Shown piece by piece: positions 33,756 through 45,710 of a stretch of 64,000 bases of DNA (positions are counted from its first letter, which is position 1; the number at the start of each line of letters is the position of its first letter). The translations under genes and the position numbers were made by a program. The notes beneath the pieces were generated by a model. It saw only the letters and a list, made by a program, of their open reading frames with translations. It had not been told where the DNA came from and did not search any database. This DNA comes from an uncultured delta proteobacterium (GTDB lineage Bacteria; Myxococcota; Myxococcia; SLRQ01), in contig CAVSGM010000002.1 of assembly GCA_963727485.1 (NCBI GenBank), positions 224,001-288,000 of the forward strand. The letters are read 5' to 3'.

Positions 33756-33941
33756 GGGCTATCTCCTAGGTGATCACGCTACCTGCCTGGAGTGGCCGCG
33801 GTCAAAGCGGCCTCTTGACGGACGCCACCGCTGACTTCCTTGGGTGACGGTCGCCGAGGCAGCTCCCGAGCCGACCGCCGTAGCTCGGTACAGCGCTCCA
33901 CCGCCGGTGTCACGAGCCGCGAGGGAGTAGCCTGCCCCCGG

Positions 33942-34778
33942 TCAGTCGGTGTACGCCACCGCGACCCAGCGGCCGTACTTCTTCTTGAACACCGCGACGT
34001 AGCCGTGGCCGCCGAGGTCGGCGATGGCCACCCAGGCGCCCTCGAGGTCCAGCTTGCCGAGACGCGCGGGCGGGGCGCCGTACTGCTTCACCATCGCGTC
34101 CGCCGGGAGTGTCTTCATCCCGTAGAGGGGCAGGCGGGAGAAGTCCTTGCCCTGGAAGAGCACCGTGAGCCGGCTGACCAAGTTCGACTTGGAGCGGAGG
34201 GTCTCGCCGTCGAGATCGAAGGGGAAGCCCGAGAGCTCGGCCATCGCCGCCGGGACCTGGCTGGTGAGACCCTGGAAGAAGAGCCGGGCGGTGGCGACGA
34301 GCTCGGGATTGGCGGCCGGAATCGGGGCCACCGGCGTCTTGGCCGCCGGGGCAGGCGTCGCCGCCCTCCGAGTCACCTGGGCCTTCGGCGCGGTCTTCTT
34401 CTTCGCCGGCGCGGGCGCCGGTGCCACCTTGGCCGTGGCGTTCTTCGCCGGGGTGGGGGACTTCGCCGCGCCGGCGTGTGCCTTCTCGGCGGCATGCCGC
34501 TTGGTCACCCCAAGCTGTTTGCCCGCCACGGCCTTCTTCGCCGGCTTCGCCTTCTTCTTGGCGACGGCCGGTTTCTTCTTCGCCGTTGCCGCCGTCTTCT
34601 TCGCCGGCGCGGGCGCCGGCGCCGCCATGGCCGCGGCCTTCTTCGCCGGCGCCGCGGCCTTCTTCGCCGGCGCCGCCCTGGCAGCCGGCGCGCTCGCTGC
34701 CCCGCCCCCATCCTGGGCGAAGGCCACGAGAGGGATCGACCCGGCGGCGACGAGGGCAGCGATCAGGCGCGTACGCAT
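33942..34778 (-). CDS. Secreted Ala/Lys/Pro-rich protein (PAKK repeats) with a C-terminal globular domain
   Basis: Signal peptide MRTRLIAALVAAGSIPLVAFA, then repeated APAKKA. Confidence 0.7.
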   Translation of the reverse strand: MRTRLIAALVAAGSIPLVAFAQDGGGAASAPAARAAPAKKAAAPAKKAAAMAAPAPAPAKKTAATAKKKPAVAKKKAKPAKKAVAGKQLGVTKRHAAEKAHAGAAKSPTPAKNATAKVAPAPAPAKKKTAPKAQVTRRAATPAPAAKTPVAPIPAANPELVATARLFFQGLTSQVPAAMAELSGFPFDLDGETLRSKSNLVSRLTVLFQGKDFSRLPLYGMKTLPADAMVKQYGAPPARLGKLDLEGAWVAIADLGGHGYVAVFKKKYGRWVAVAYTD

Positions 34779-34837
34779 CGCCCGCGAGGATGCCGAGGCC
34801 CGGGATGCCGGTCGACCATCCCGTGCCCCCGGCCCGC

Positions 34838-36257
34838 CTACTCGAATCCGGTGCAGCTTCAAGAGGTTCGTCGACTGCCGCTGGTTCGGCGGCACCCCGG
34901 CCACCAGCGCGATCGCCTCGCCCTTGCCGCAGATCCGCCGCTCCACCAGGTACCGCTCCACCGCGTCGAACATCTCGTCGGTGGACCCGAAGCGCTTGAT
35001 GGGCTGGGGCATCACCCCCCAGGTCAGGGCCATGCGCCGGAGGGTCGCCGGTACCGGGGTGAAGGCGACGATCCGCGCTTCGGGCCGGTACTCGGAGATG
35101 AGCACGGCGCTGCGCCCGGTCTCGGTGAAGGCCACGATGGTGTCGATCCCCAGGTCCGAGGCGGCGCTCACCGCGGCCCGGGCGGTGGCGTTCTGGAAGG
35201 TGGGCAGGTCCTTGAGGAACGCCCGGTTGGACTGGGCCCGGTACCGGGGGCTCGCCTCGACCTCCATGACGATGGAGGCCATCATCTCGACCGACGCCAC
35301 CGGGTGATCGCCGGCCGCCGTCTCCCCGGAGAGCATCACCGCGTCGCTCCCGTCGAACACGGCGTTGGCCACGTCCGAGACCTCGGCCCGGGTGGGCCGG
35401 GGGTTCTTGGTCATGGACTCGAGCATCTGGGTGGCGGTGATCACCAGCTTGCCGAAGGCGTTCCCCCGCTCGATGGCCGTCTTCTGGATCACCGGGACCT
35501 TCTCCGGGGGCAGCTCCACCCCCAGGTCCCCGCGGGCGACCATGATCCCGTCGGCGGCGGCGATGATGGCGTCGAGGCGGTCCACCGCGTTGGGCCGCTC
35601 GATCTTGGCGATGATCGGGGTCCCGCCGCTCATGGGATCCCCCAGGATCTCCCGGAGCGCGCGCACGTCCTCGGGCCCCTGGACGAACGACAGGGCCACG
35701 TAGTCCATCCCCAGCTGCTTGCCGAACTCGGCGTCGGCGATGTCCTTCTCGGTGAGCGCCGGCTGGCTCACCGCGCTCCCCGGGAGGTTCATGCCCTTCC
35801 GGTCCTTGAGGACCCCGCCGTTGACCACCCGGCACTTCACCTCGTCCTTCTTGACCTTGAGGACCTCGAGCTTGATCAGCCCGTCGTCGAGGAGGATGGG
35901 TTCGCCGCGCTGCACGTCCCGGGGCAGGGCCTCGTACTCGGTGGGGATCCGGGCGGCGGTGCCGATCACCTTCTTGGTGGTGATCGTCACCTCGGCGCCC
36001 TCCTCCAGGGTCACCTTCCCGCCCTTCATCTTCCCCACGCGGATCTTGGGGCCGCAGAGGTCCTGGAGGATCGCCACCGGCCGGCCGAGGCGCTCGGAGG
36101 CCTGGCGGACCCGGCGGAAGACCTCGGCGTGATCGTCGTGGGTGCCGTGGGAGAAGTTCAGGCGGGCACAGTCCATCCCTGCCTGGATGAGGGCTTCGAT
36201 GCGCTCCGGGGTGTGGGACGCCGGCCCCAGGGTGCAGATGATCTTGGTCTTGCGCAT
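34838..36257 (-). CDS. pyk: Pyruvate kinase; the stop is lost by an apparent 1-nt insertion near 34846
   Basis: MRKTKIICTLGPAS, ARLNFSHG, IAKIE, MVARGDLG, ATQMLESM and AVMLSGET. Confidence 0.96.
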
Positions 36258-36390
36258 GGGGTCCCTGCATAGGACGACCCGTGGGTGACGGCAATCACTT
36301 GACCGTGACGGGGGGGAAAACCTAGGCTGCGCCGCAGAGTTGGGTCCGAGCCGGGGGGACCGGCCGGACGTCGACCGGAGGACTCTTGAG

Positions 36391-36783
36391 ATGACCAATC
36401 CGACCCAGCAGACCAATGGCACCGAGCCCGCGGCCACGCCCGGGGGGCCGCTCGCCACCCAGAAGCGCGACCAGGACGGCGCGATGATCTTCCTGTCCTA
36501 CTTCGGGATCTTCTCGCTGATCCCGTTCCTCACCGTGAAGGACAGCGACTACATCCGCTGGCACGCCAAGCAGGGCCTCACCTTCACCGCGGTGTGGTTC
36601 GCGGCGTACATCGCCCTGTTGATCGTCAACGTCATCCCGGTGATCGGGACGATCATCGGCCTGATCGGCTGGGCGGTGATGGGCGTCGGCGGGTTCGTCC
36701 TCTGGATCATGGCCATGGTGAAGGCCTTCGGCGGGGAGCGCTGGAAGATCCCCGTCATCGGCGACCTCGCCGAGAAGTGGTAG
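36391..36783 (+). CDS. DUF4870-like small membrane protein
   Basis: LSY...YIRWHAKQG...GERWKIPVIG, with three TM helices. Confidence 0.8.
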   Translation: MTNPTQQTNGTEPAATPGGPLATQKRDQDGAMIFLSYFGIFSLIPFLTVKDSDYIRWHAKQGLTFTAVWFAAYIALLIVNVIPVIGTIIGLIGWAVMGVGGFVLWIMAMVKAFGGERWKIPVIGDLAEKW

Positions 36784-36829
36784 CGGCGGCGCCCGCCCGG
36801 GCGCCCCACCGTCCGGCGGGGACGACCTC

Positions 36830-37114
36830 CTAGAGGTCGTCCTCGTCCTCGTCGTCGTCGATCGCCACGCCGACGATGCCGTCGGCCGCGGGCAGGTCCT
36901 CCTCGCCGTTGACCTCCACGGAGATCACGAAGGCGCGGGAGAGGCGCGCGGCGGACGCCAGGAACTCCTCGAGGGTGGCGGCCACGTCGCCGACCTGAGT
37001 GGGGTCGGCCTCCACGCCGCACCCCTCGCACACGAGGACCGGGTCATCGGTGAGATCCGCGAGGTCGGCCTCGGTCTCCGCACCGCACTTCCTGCAGGTG
37101 AATTGGAGTTCCAT
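36830..37114 (-). CDS. Small acidic zinc-ribbon protein
   Basis: Two CxxC pairs (CRKC, CEGC) and an acidic tail. Confidence 0.7.
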   Translation of the reverse strand: MELQFTCRKCGAETEADLADLTDDPVLVCEGCGVEADPTQVGDVAATLEEFLASAARLSRAFVISVEVNGEEDLPAADGIVGVAIDDDEDEDDL

Positions 37115-37216
37115 GGACCGCCGGATAAGGCACGTCCCCGTCGGTGTCAAGCGCCGGAGCCGGGGGCCCACGGGGCGCCCGCGGCGGCCGGATCCGCGCG
37201 CGTCGGCCCGCCTTGA

Positions 37217-38419
<1,203 letters not shown>

Positions 38420-38425
38420 CCCAAC

Positions 38426-39595
38426 ATGAAGATCCACGAGTACCAGGCCAAGGAGATCCTCCGGCGCTTCGGGGTTCCGACCCTCGAGGGGCAGGTGGCC
38501 GATGAACCCGCCGATGCCGAGCGCATCGCCAAGGAGCTGGGGACCCCCGTGGTGGTGGTCAAGGCCCAGATCCACGCCGGTGGTCGCGGCAAGGGTGGCG
38601 GGGTGAAGCTCGCCAGGAGCCCCGCCGAGGCCAAGGCCGCACGCCGCGGCGATGCTGGGCAAGCCCCTGGTGACCCACCAGACCGGCCCCGAGGGCAAGG
38701 TGGTGCACCGGGTGCTGGTGGAGGCCGGGTGCGACATCGCCCGGGAGCTCTACCTCGCCGTCACCCTCGACCGCGACCGCGCCCAGGACGCCATCATGGC
38801 CTCCAGCGAGGGCGGGGTGGAGATCGAGGAGGTGGCGACCCACCACCCGGAGAAGATCCTCAAGGTGCACGTGGATCCCCTCATCGGCCTGCGCGACTTC
38901 CAGGCCCGGGAGCTCGGCTACGCCCTGGGCCTCGACGGCAAGGCGCTCAAGCAGTTCACCAGGTTCGTGCAGGCCCTCTACCAGGCCTACCGCCAGACCG
39001 ACGCCTCGCTGGCCGAGATCAACCCCCTGGTGGTCACCACCGGTGACGAGCTCATCGCCCTCGACGCCAAGATGAACTTCGACGACAACGCCCTCTACCG
39101 GCACCAGGACATCCAGGGCTACCGGGACGTCACCGAGGAGGACCCCCGGGAGGTGCAGGCCAAGGAGTACGACCTGTCCTACATCGCCCTGGACGGCACC
39201 ATCGGGTGCATGGTCAACGGGGCGGGGCTGGCGATGGCCACCATGGACATCATCAAGCTCCACGGCGCCGAGCCGGCCAACTTCCTCGACGTGGGCGGCG
39301 GCGCCGACGAGGCCAAGGTCACCGAGGCCTTCAAGATCATCCTCGGCGACCCGAAGGTGAAGGCCGTCCTGGTGAACATCTTCGGCGGCATCATGAAGTG
39401 CGACGTCATCGCCGAGGGCGTGGTGGCGGCGGCCAAGGAGGTCGGCCTCCAGGTGCCCCTGGTGGTGCGCCTCGAGGGCACCAACGTCGACCAGGGCAAG
39501 GCGATCCTGGCCAAGAGCGGCCTGAAGATCACCTCGGCGGACACCATGGAGACGCGGCGGCCAAGGTCGTCGCCGCGGCGAAGGAGCAGGGCTGA
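38426..39595 (+). CDS. sucC: Succinyl-CoA ligase beta subunit, with apparent frameshifts near 38640 and 39550
   Basis: [41 protein letters not shown] and NFLDVGGGA. Confidence 0.95.
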
Positions 39596-40470
39596 TGGCC
39601 GTTCTCATCGACAAGGACACCAAGGTCGTGGTCCAGGGGATCACCGGTTCGGCGGGGGGCTTCCACGCCGGGCAGATGGTCGAGTACGGCACCCAGGTGG
39701 TCGCCGGCGTCACCCCGGGCAAGGGGGGCCAGAAGTTCCAGGACACCGTGCCCATCTTCGACACCGTCGCCCAGGCGGTGAAGGAGACCGGCGCCGACGT
39801 CTCGGTGATCTTCGTGCCGCCCCCGTTCGCCGCCGACGCCATCCTCGAGGCGGCCGACGCCGGCGTGCGCCTGGTCATCTGCATCACCGAGGGCATCCCC
39901 ATCCGGGACATGGTCCCGGTCAAGCGCTACCTCCAGGAGAAGAACATCACCCTGGTGGGGCCCAACTGCCCCGGCGTGATCACCCCCGAGCAGTGCAAGA
40001 TCGGCATCATGCCCGGGCACATCCACCGGCCCGGCCGCATCGGCGTCGTCTCCCGCTCGGGCACCCTCACCTACGAGGCGGTGGCCCAGCTGGTCGCCGT
40101 GGGCCTGGGGCAGTCGACCGCCATCGGCATCGGTGGCGACCCCATCCACGGGATGGGCTTCATCGACGCCCTGACCCTCTTCAACGACGACCCGGACACC
40201 GAGGGTGTGGTCATGATCGGCGAGATCGGGGGCTCCGAGGAGGAGGCCGCGGCCGAGTGGATCAAGGCCAACATGACCAAGCCCGTCGCCGGGTTCATCG
40301 CCGGACGCACCGCGCCCAAGGGCAAGCGGATGGGCCACGCCGGAGCCATCATCTCCGGCGGCAAGGGCACCGCCGCCCACAAGATCGCCGCCCTGAAGGA
40401 GGCGGGAGTGCACATGGCAGACTCCCCCGCCGAGCTCGGGACCACCATGAAGAAGGCCCTCGCCAGCTAG
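39595..40470 (+). CDS. sucD: Succinyl-CoA ligase alpha subunit
   Basis: [22 protein letters not shown] and RMGHAGA. Confidence 0.97.
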   Translation: MAVLIDKDTKVVVQGITGSAGGFHAGQMVEYGTQVVAGVTPGKGGQKFQDTVPIFDTVAQAVKETGADVSVIFVPPPFAADAILEAADAGVRLVICITEGIPIRDMVPVKRYLQEKNITLVGPNCPGVITPEQCKIGIMPGHIHRPGRIGVVSRSGTLTYEAVAQLVAVGLGQSTAIGIGGDPIHGMGFIDALTLFNDDPDTEGVVMIGEIGGSEEEAAAEWIKANMTKPVAGFIAGRTAPKGKRMGHAGAIISGGKGTAAHKIAALKEAGVHMADSPAELGTTMKKALAS

Positions 40471-40501
40471 GCGAACGGGCCCCAAACCCCACGGAGCAGC
40501 A

Positions 40502-40933
40502 ATGGCCACCGAACGGACCTTCGCGATCATCAAGCCCGACGGCCTGGAGAAGCACGTCGTCGGCAAGATCCTCGCCCGCATCGAGGAAGAGGGGCTGACC
40601 CCCATCGCCATGCGCATGGCGCACCTCTCGAAGCGGGAGGCCGAGGGCTTCTACGCCGTCCACCGCGAGCGCCCCTTCTTCAACGATCTGGTCACCTTCA
40701 TGACCCGGGGCCCGGTGCTCCTCATGGTCCTCGAGGGCGACGACGCCATCGCCACCTGGCGGCGGGTCATGGGCGCCACCGACCCGGCCAAGGCCGACGA
40801 GGGCACCCTCCGGAAGCTCCACGCCAGCAACATCGAGGAGAACACCGTCCACGGGTCCGACGCCCCCGAGACGGCGACCTTCGAGATCGGCTGGTTCTTC
40901 CGCCACAGCGACCTGACCCCGCCGGCGAAGTAG
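40502..40933 (+). CDS. ndk: Nucleoside diphosphate kinase
   Basis: [10 protein letters not shown] and NTVHGSD. Confidence 0.97.
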   Translation: MATERTFAIIKPDGLEKHVVGKILARIEEEGLTPIAMRMAHLSKREAEGFYAVHRERPFFNDLVTFMTRGPVLLMVLEGDDAIATWRRVMGATDPAKADEGTLRKLHASNIEENTVHGSDAPETATFEIGWFFRHSDLTPPAK

Positions 40934-41203
40934 CCCCGGCATCGGCCCCCGCGGCCGGTCCCCGCAGTCCTCGCGCCCCCTCTGGATCCGGGAATCCGGC
41001 TCCGAGGGGGCGCGTTGCTGGGGTGGTCCCGAGCTGCTATCTTTCCCCCACGCGACATATCGACGGCGCGTCCTTCCCCGGGCCGGCTGCGGCCGGTCTC
41101 GGCCACGAGAGGCCGAGGGCACGACGTCATCCCCGGTGCCCGGGCCCTGGAGCGGGGGGAGCGCGGCGCGGAGCCGGCACCGGCGTAGAGGACATACCCG
41201 TAC

Positions 41204-42649
41204 TTGGACCCATCACCTGAATCGATCGCGGCCTGGCAAATCTGGATCCTCGTCGCGCTCATCGCCGGATCCTTCTTTTTCGCGGGGACGGAGACCGCGC
41301 TCACCAGCCTCGGCGAGGCCAAGGCGCGCCAGCTCCGGGACCGCCTCGGCCGCCGGGGCCGGGTCCTGGGGCTGTGGATCGACCACCCCCAGAAGGTCCT
41401 GACCGCGCTCCTCATCGGGAACAACGCGGTCAACATCGCCGCCTCGGCCATGTCCACCGCGGTGGTCCTCCAGGCCTTCGGCTCGACGGCGGTGGCCATC
41501 GCCACCGGCCTGCTCACCCTGGTGATCATCGTCATCGGGGAGATCATCCCCAAGACCCTGGCCCGGGAGCACGCCGCCAAGGTCGCGGTGGTGGCCCTCC
41601 GGATGCTCCAGCCGTTCTACGTGCTGATCTTCCCCATGGCCTGGACGCTGGTGAAGATGACCGGGGGCATCTCCCGGGCCATGGGCGGGGGCAAGAAGGC
41701 CCCGCCGGTGACCAGCGAGGACATCGACTACCTCATCGGCCTCGGCTCGGAGCTGGGCGCCCTCGAGGGGGTCAAGCGGGATCTGCTCAACAGCGTCCTC
41801 GAGTTCACCGACCTCCGGGCCAAGGAGATCATGGTCCCCCGCACCCAGATGGTCTCCCTGGAGGTGGGCGCGCCCTTCGACGAGGTCCTCGACCTGGTCG
41901 AGGAGACCGAGCACAGCCGGATCCCCGTCTTCGAGGGCACCGTCGACAACATCGTCGGGGTCCTCCACGTGAAGGACCTCCTCCACGGCCTGCGCCACGG
42001 CGAGATCACCGCCGAGCACTTCGAGCTGCGCCCCTGGGTGCGCGCCCCGTTCTTCGTCCCCGAGGTGATGAAGGTCAGCCGCCTGATGAAGGAGATGCAG
42101 CGCCGGCGCACCCACCTCTCGGTGGTGGTCGACGAGTTCGGCGGCACCAGCGGCATCGTCACCCTCGAGGACGTGGTCGAGGAGATCGTCGGCGAGATCC
42201 AGGACGAGCACGACGTCGCCGAGCACCCGGTGAAGATGCTCCCCGACGGCAAGCTCCTGGTCGACGCCGGGCTGCCCCTGCGCGAGCTCGAGGAGGTCCT
42301 CGAGGTCGAGTTCCCCGAGGACGGCGACTACGAGACCCTGGGCGGCTTCCTCACCGCCACCGCCGGGCAGGTGCCCCCCAAGGGGTCGCTGGTGGCCTAC
42401 GGCGGTTTCACCTTCACCGTCCGCGAGGCCGACGAGAAGCGGGTCCACGCGGTGGAGGTCAGCCGGGCCCCCGAGCTCCCCGACGAGCCCAAGGACCAGG
42501 GCGACGGCGGCGGCAGCGCCCCCGGCGGCGGCACCGGGGAGGTCGGCGGGGGGGACGCCGGCCAGAGCGCGGTCCACGGGCTCCGGGCCGCCGCCCCGGT
42601 CGGGGACCGCACCCTCGACGGCGCCCGGTACTTCTCCAAGGCCACCTGA
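41204..42649 (+). CDS. Hemolysin/CNNM (DUF21-CBS-CorC) family protein
   Basis: FFAGTETA, LLIGNN, GEIIPK, HSRIPV and VVDEFGGTSGIVTLEDVVEEIVGEI. Confidence 0.92.
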   Translation: MDPSPESIAAWQIWILVALIAGSFFFAGTETALTSLGEAKARQLRDRLGRRGRVLGLWIDHPQKVLTALLIGNNAVNIAASAMSTAVVLQAFGSTAVAIATGLLTLVIIVIGEIIPKTLAREHAAKVAVVALRMLQPFYVLIFPMAWTLVKMTGGISRAMGGGKKAPPVTSEDIDYLIGLGSELGALEGVKRDLLNSVLEFTDLRAKEIMVPRTQMVSLEVGAPFDEVLDLVEETEHSRIPVFEGTVDNIVGVLHVKDLLHGLRHGEITAEHFELRPWVRAPFFVPEVMKVSRLMKEMQRRRTHLSVVVDEFGGTSGIVTLEDVVEEIVGEIQDEHDVAEHPVKMLPDGKLLVDAGLPLRELEEVLEVEFPEDGDYETLGGFLTATAGQVPPKGSLVAYGGFTFTVREADEKRVHAVEVSRAPELPDEPKDQGDGGGSAPGGGTGEVGGGDAGQSAVHGLRAAAPVGDRTLDGARYFSKAT

Positions 42650-42707
42650 CGTCCTGGCCGCCTGACGCCTTGCGGCCGCCGCGACCCCGGCCTAAACCGA
42701 CCCCGCC

Positions 42708-43877
42708 ATGGACCGACGCCTCGACCTCAAGTCGCTGCCCCTCGACCGGCTCACCGCCGAGGTGACCGGCCCCCTCGGGGAGCGCCCGTTCCGGGCCAGG
42801 CAGATCTACAAGTGGCTCCACCAGCGGGGCGCCAACGCCTTCGAGGAGATGACCGACCTCTCCCAGGGCCTGCGCACCCGCCTCGCCGAGGCCTACCAGC
42901 TCTCCACCCTCGAGCTCGCCGAGGCCCGGGAGAGCCGGGACGGGACGGTGAAGTTCCGCTTCCGCACCGTCGACGACCGCTCCATCGAGTCGGTCTACAT
43001 CCCCGAGTGGCCGGACCGGACGGGCGACGCCGAAGCCCCGGACGCCCCCCCGGCCCGGCAGACCCTCTGCGTCAGCTCCCAGGTGGGCTGCGCCATGGCC
43101 TGTGCCTTCTGCATGACCGGCACCATGGGCTTCCTCCGCAACCTCCGGGCCGGGGAGATCGTGGCCCAGGTCCACCAGGTCAACGCCTGGCTCATGGCGC
43201 GGGGCGCCCCGGGGCCGCGGCCCCTGACCAACCTGGTGTTCATGGGGATGGGCGAGCCGCTGCACAACTACTTCGAGGTGAAGCGGGCGCTGGACATCCT
43301 GGTCTCCGTCGAGGGGCCCAACTTCTCCACCCGCCGCGTCACCGTGAGCACCAGCGGCCTGGTGCCGATGATGAAGCGCCTGGGCGAGGAGACCGACGTC
43401 AAGCTCGCCGTCTCCCTCACCGGCACCACCGACCAGGCCCGGGACCGCCTGATGCCGGTGAACCGCAAGTGGCCCATCGCCGAGGTCCTCGACGCCTGCC
43501 GGGCCTTCCCCCTGCGCTACGGCCGGCGCATCACCTTCGAGTACGTGCTCCTCCGGGGCGAGACCGACACCCTCGAGGACGCCGAGCGCCTCGCCGACCT
43601 CCTCCGGGGCATCCCCGCCAAGGTGAACCTCATCGCCTACAACGAGGGCCGCGACCTCGACGACCCCGACGCCCCCCCGCCGCTGGGGTTCTACCGCCCC
43701 GACGACGCCACGGTGGCGGCCTTCCGGCAGCGCATGGCCGACAAGGGGCTCACCGCGGTCATCCGCCGGAGCCGGGGCCGGGACGTCGCCGCCGCCTGCG
43801 GGCAGCTCGCGGTGGAGGGTGGGCGCCGGCGCCCGTCGGTGTACGATGGCCCCGATGGGAACCGTTCCTCCGCCTGA
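42708..43877 (+). CDS. rlmN: 23S rRNA m2A2503 methyltransferase
   Basis: CVSSQVGCAMACAFC, VFMGMGEP and AACGQL. Confidence 0.96.
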   Translation: MDRRLDLKSLPLDRLTAEVTGPLGERPFRARQIYKWLHQRGANAFEEMTDLSQGLRTRLAEAYQLSTLELAEARESRDGTVKFRFRTVDDRSIESVYIPEWPDRTGDAEAPDAPPARQTLCVSSQVGCAMACAFCMTGTMGFLRNLRAGEIVAQVHQVNAWLMARGAPGPRPLTNLVFMGMGEPLHNYFEVKRALDILVSVEGPNFSTRRVTVSTSGLVPMMKRLGEETDVKLAVSLTGTTDQARDRLMPVNRKWPIAEVLDACRAFPLRYGRRITFEYVLLRGETDTLEDAERLADLLRGIPAKVNLIAYNEGRDLDDPDAPPPLGFYRPDDATVAAFRQRMADKGLTAVIRRSRGRDVAAACGQLAVEGGRRRPSVYDGPDGNRSSA

Positions 43878-45710
43878 GGTCCTCGCCGGCGCCGACGTCC
43901 CGCGCACCGCGGAGGCCTTCGACGTCGAGCTGGTCGCCGGCATCCTCCACCAGGCCGGGGCCGTCGACGAGGGGACCCGCCGGGACATCCTGGTCCGGCA
44001 GCGGGCCCAGCGTGCCCGGATCCTCAAGGCCCACGGCGCCGGGCCCCGGGGCACCCGCTACACGGTGTCGCCGGTGGAGCTCATCGCCTCCCTCGAGCTC
44101 CCCGACGCCCGGCGCGAGGGCGACCTCCTCGACCAGGACCGGATCACCGAGCTGGTGGGTCAGGCGCTGCACTTCCCCACCCGGAAGATCGACCCCCTGA
44201 AGCTCGACATGCAGCTCATCACCCGGGCCATGAGCCGCAGCTTCGCCCGGAGCCACGGGTGCCTGCCCCTCACCCAGGTCGACGGGGTGGTGGAGCTGGC
44301 GGTCGCCAACCCCTGGGACCAGATGCTCTTCGAGAACCTCCGCCACGTGATCCAGGCGGAGATCCGGCCGGTGTTCTGCGCCAAGGCCGACATCCTCCAG
44401 GGCATCACCGACGTCTACGGCTTCAAGACCAGCGTCAACGCCGCCATGAACGAGTCGGTGGTCGACGTGAGCAGCCAGGTGGGCAACCTCGAGCAGCTCG
44501 TCCACCTCTCCGACCAGCAGAGCCTCGAGGCCAACGACCGGCCGGTGGTCAACGCCGTGGAGTACCTGCTCCACTACGCCTTCGACCAGCGGGCCTCCGA
44601 CGTCCACGTGGAGCCCAAGCGCGAGCACACCATGGTGCGGATGCGCATCGACGGGGTCCTCCACGACGTCTACAAGGTGCCGCGCGGCGTCCACGCGCCC
44701 ATCGTGGCGCGGCTGAAGATCCTGGCGCGGATGGACGTCGCCGAGAAGCGTCGGCCCCAGGACGGCCGCATCAAGACGCGGCGCGGGGACCGGGAGGTGG
44801 AGCTGCGGGTGTCCACGGTGCCGGTGGCCTTCGGCGAGAAGGTCGTGCTCCGGGTCTTCGACCCCGAGATCCTCCTCCAGGACCTCTCGGAGCTCGGCTT
44901 CTACGAGGAGGAGCGCAGCCGCTTCGAGTCGTGGATTGCGCGGCCCCACGGGATGGTGCTGGTCACCGGGCCCACCGGCAGCGGCAAGACCACCACCCTC
45001 TACTCGGCGCTCCTGGCCCTGACCCGCCCCGACGTCAACGTGGTCACCCTCGAGGACCCGGTGGAGCTGGTCCACGAGGCCTTCAACCAGATCTCCATCC
45101 AGCCGGGCATCGGCCTGGGCTTCGCCGAGGCCCTGCGCCACGTGCTGCGCCAGGACCCGGACATCGTCATGGTCGGCGAGATCCGCGACGGGGAGACGGC
45201 GCGCTACGCGGTGCAGGCGGCCCTCACCGGCCACCTGGTGCTCTCGACCCTCCACACCAACGACGCCGCCAGCGCCGTGGTCCGGCTCCGGGACCTGGGG
45301 GTCCCGCCGTTCCTCCTCTCCAGCACCCTGCTGGGGACCATGGCCCAAAGGCTGGTGCGCCGGATCTGTCCCCGGTGCGCCGAGCCCGAGCCCCTCACCA
45401 TCGACCAGCTCGCCGCCCTCGGCGTCGCCCACCCCGAGGACTACGCCGGGAAGATCCCGGCGCGGGTGGGCCGCGGCTGCAACAAGTGCCGGGGCACCGG
45501 CTACTTCGGCCGCACCGGGATCTTCGAGCTCCTCGACGTGAGCCCCAAGAATCCGCACGGTCATCGGCGACGCCGCCGACGACCGGGCCCTCTTCGACGT
45601 CGCCCGGGCCGACGGGATGCGCACCCTCCGGGAGCACGCCCTGCGCAAGCTCGCCGACGGGGTGACCTCCTTCGACGAGATCTACCCGGGCCACCGTGGA
45701 GATGGGATGA
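43846..45710 (+). CDS. GspE/PulE/PilB family secretion ATPase, with apparent frameshifts near 45550 and 45685
   Basis: ASDVHVEP, PQDGR, GPTGSGKTT, LEDPVE, LRQDPD..MVGEIRD, GHLVLSTLHTN and two CxxC pairs. Confidence 0.9.

Noticed and set aside
33942..36458. 838-aa pyruvate kinase fused to a PAKK-rich protein
   Set aside because: Removing one T at ~34846 restores ...HRIE-TAG. The downstream part has its own ATG and signal peptide, so the fusion is most likely an indel artefact.
38426..39595. Programmed frameshifting in sucC, lysC or glpX
   Set aside because: No slippery heptamers or stimulatory structures are evident, and the indels are scattered across unrelated genes.
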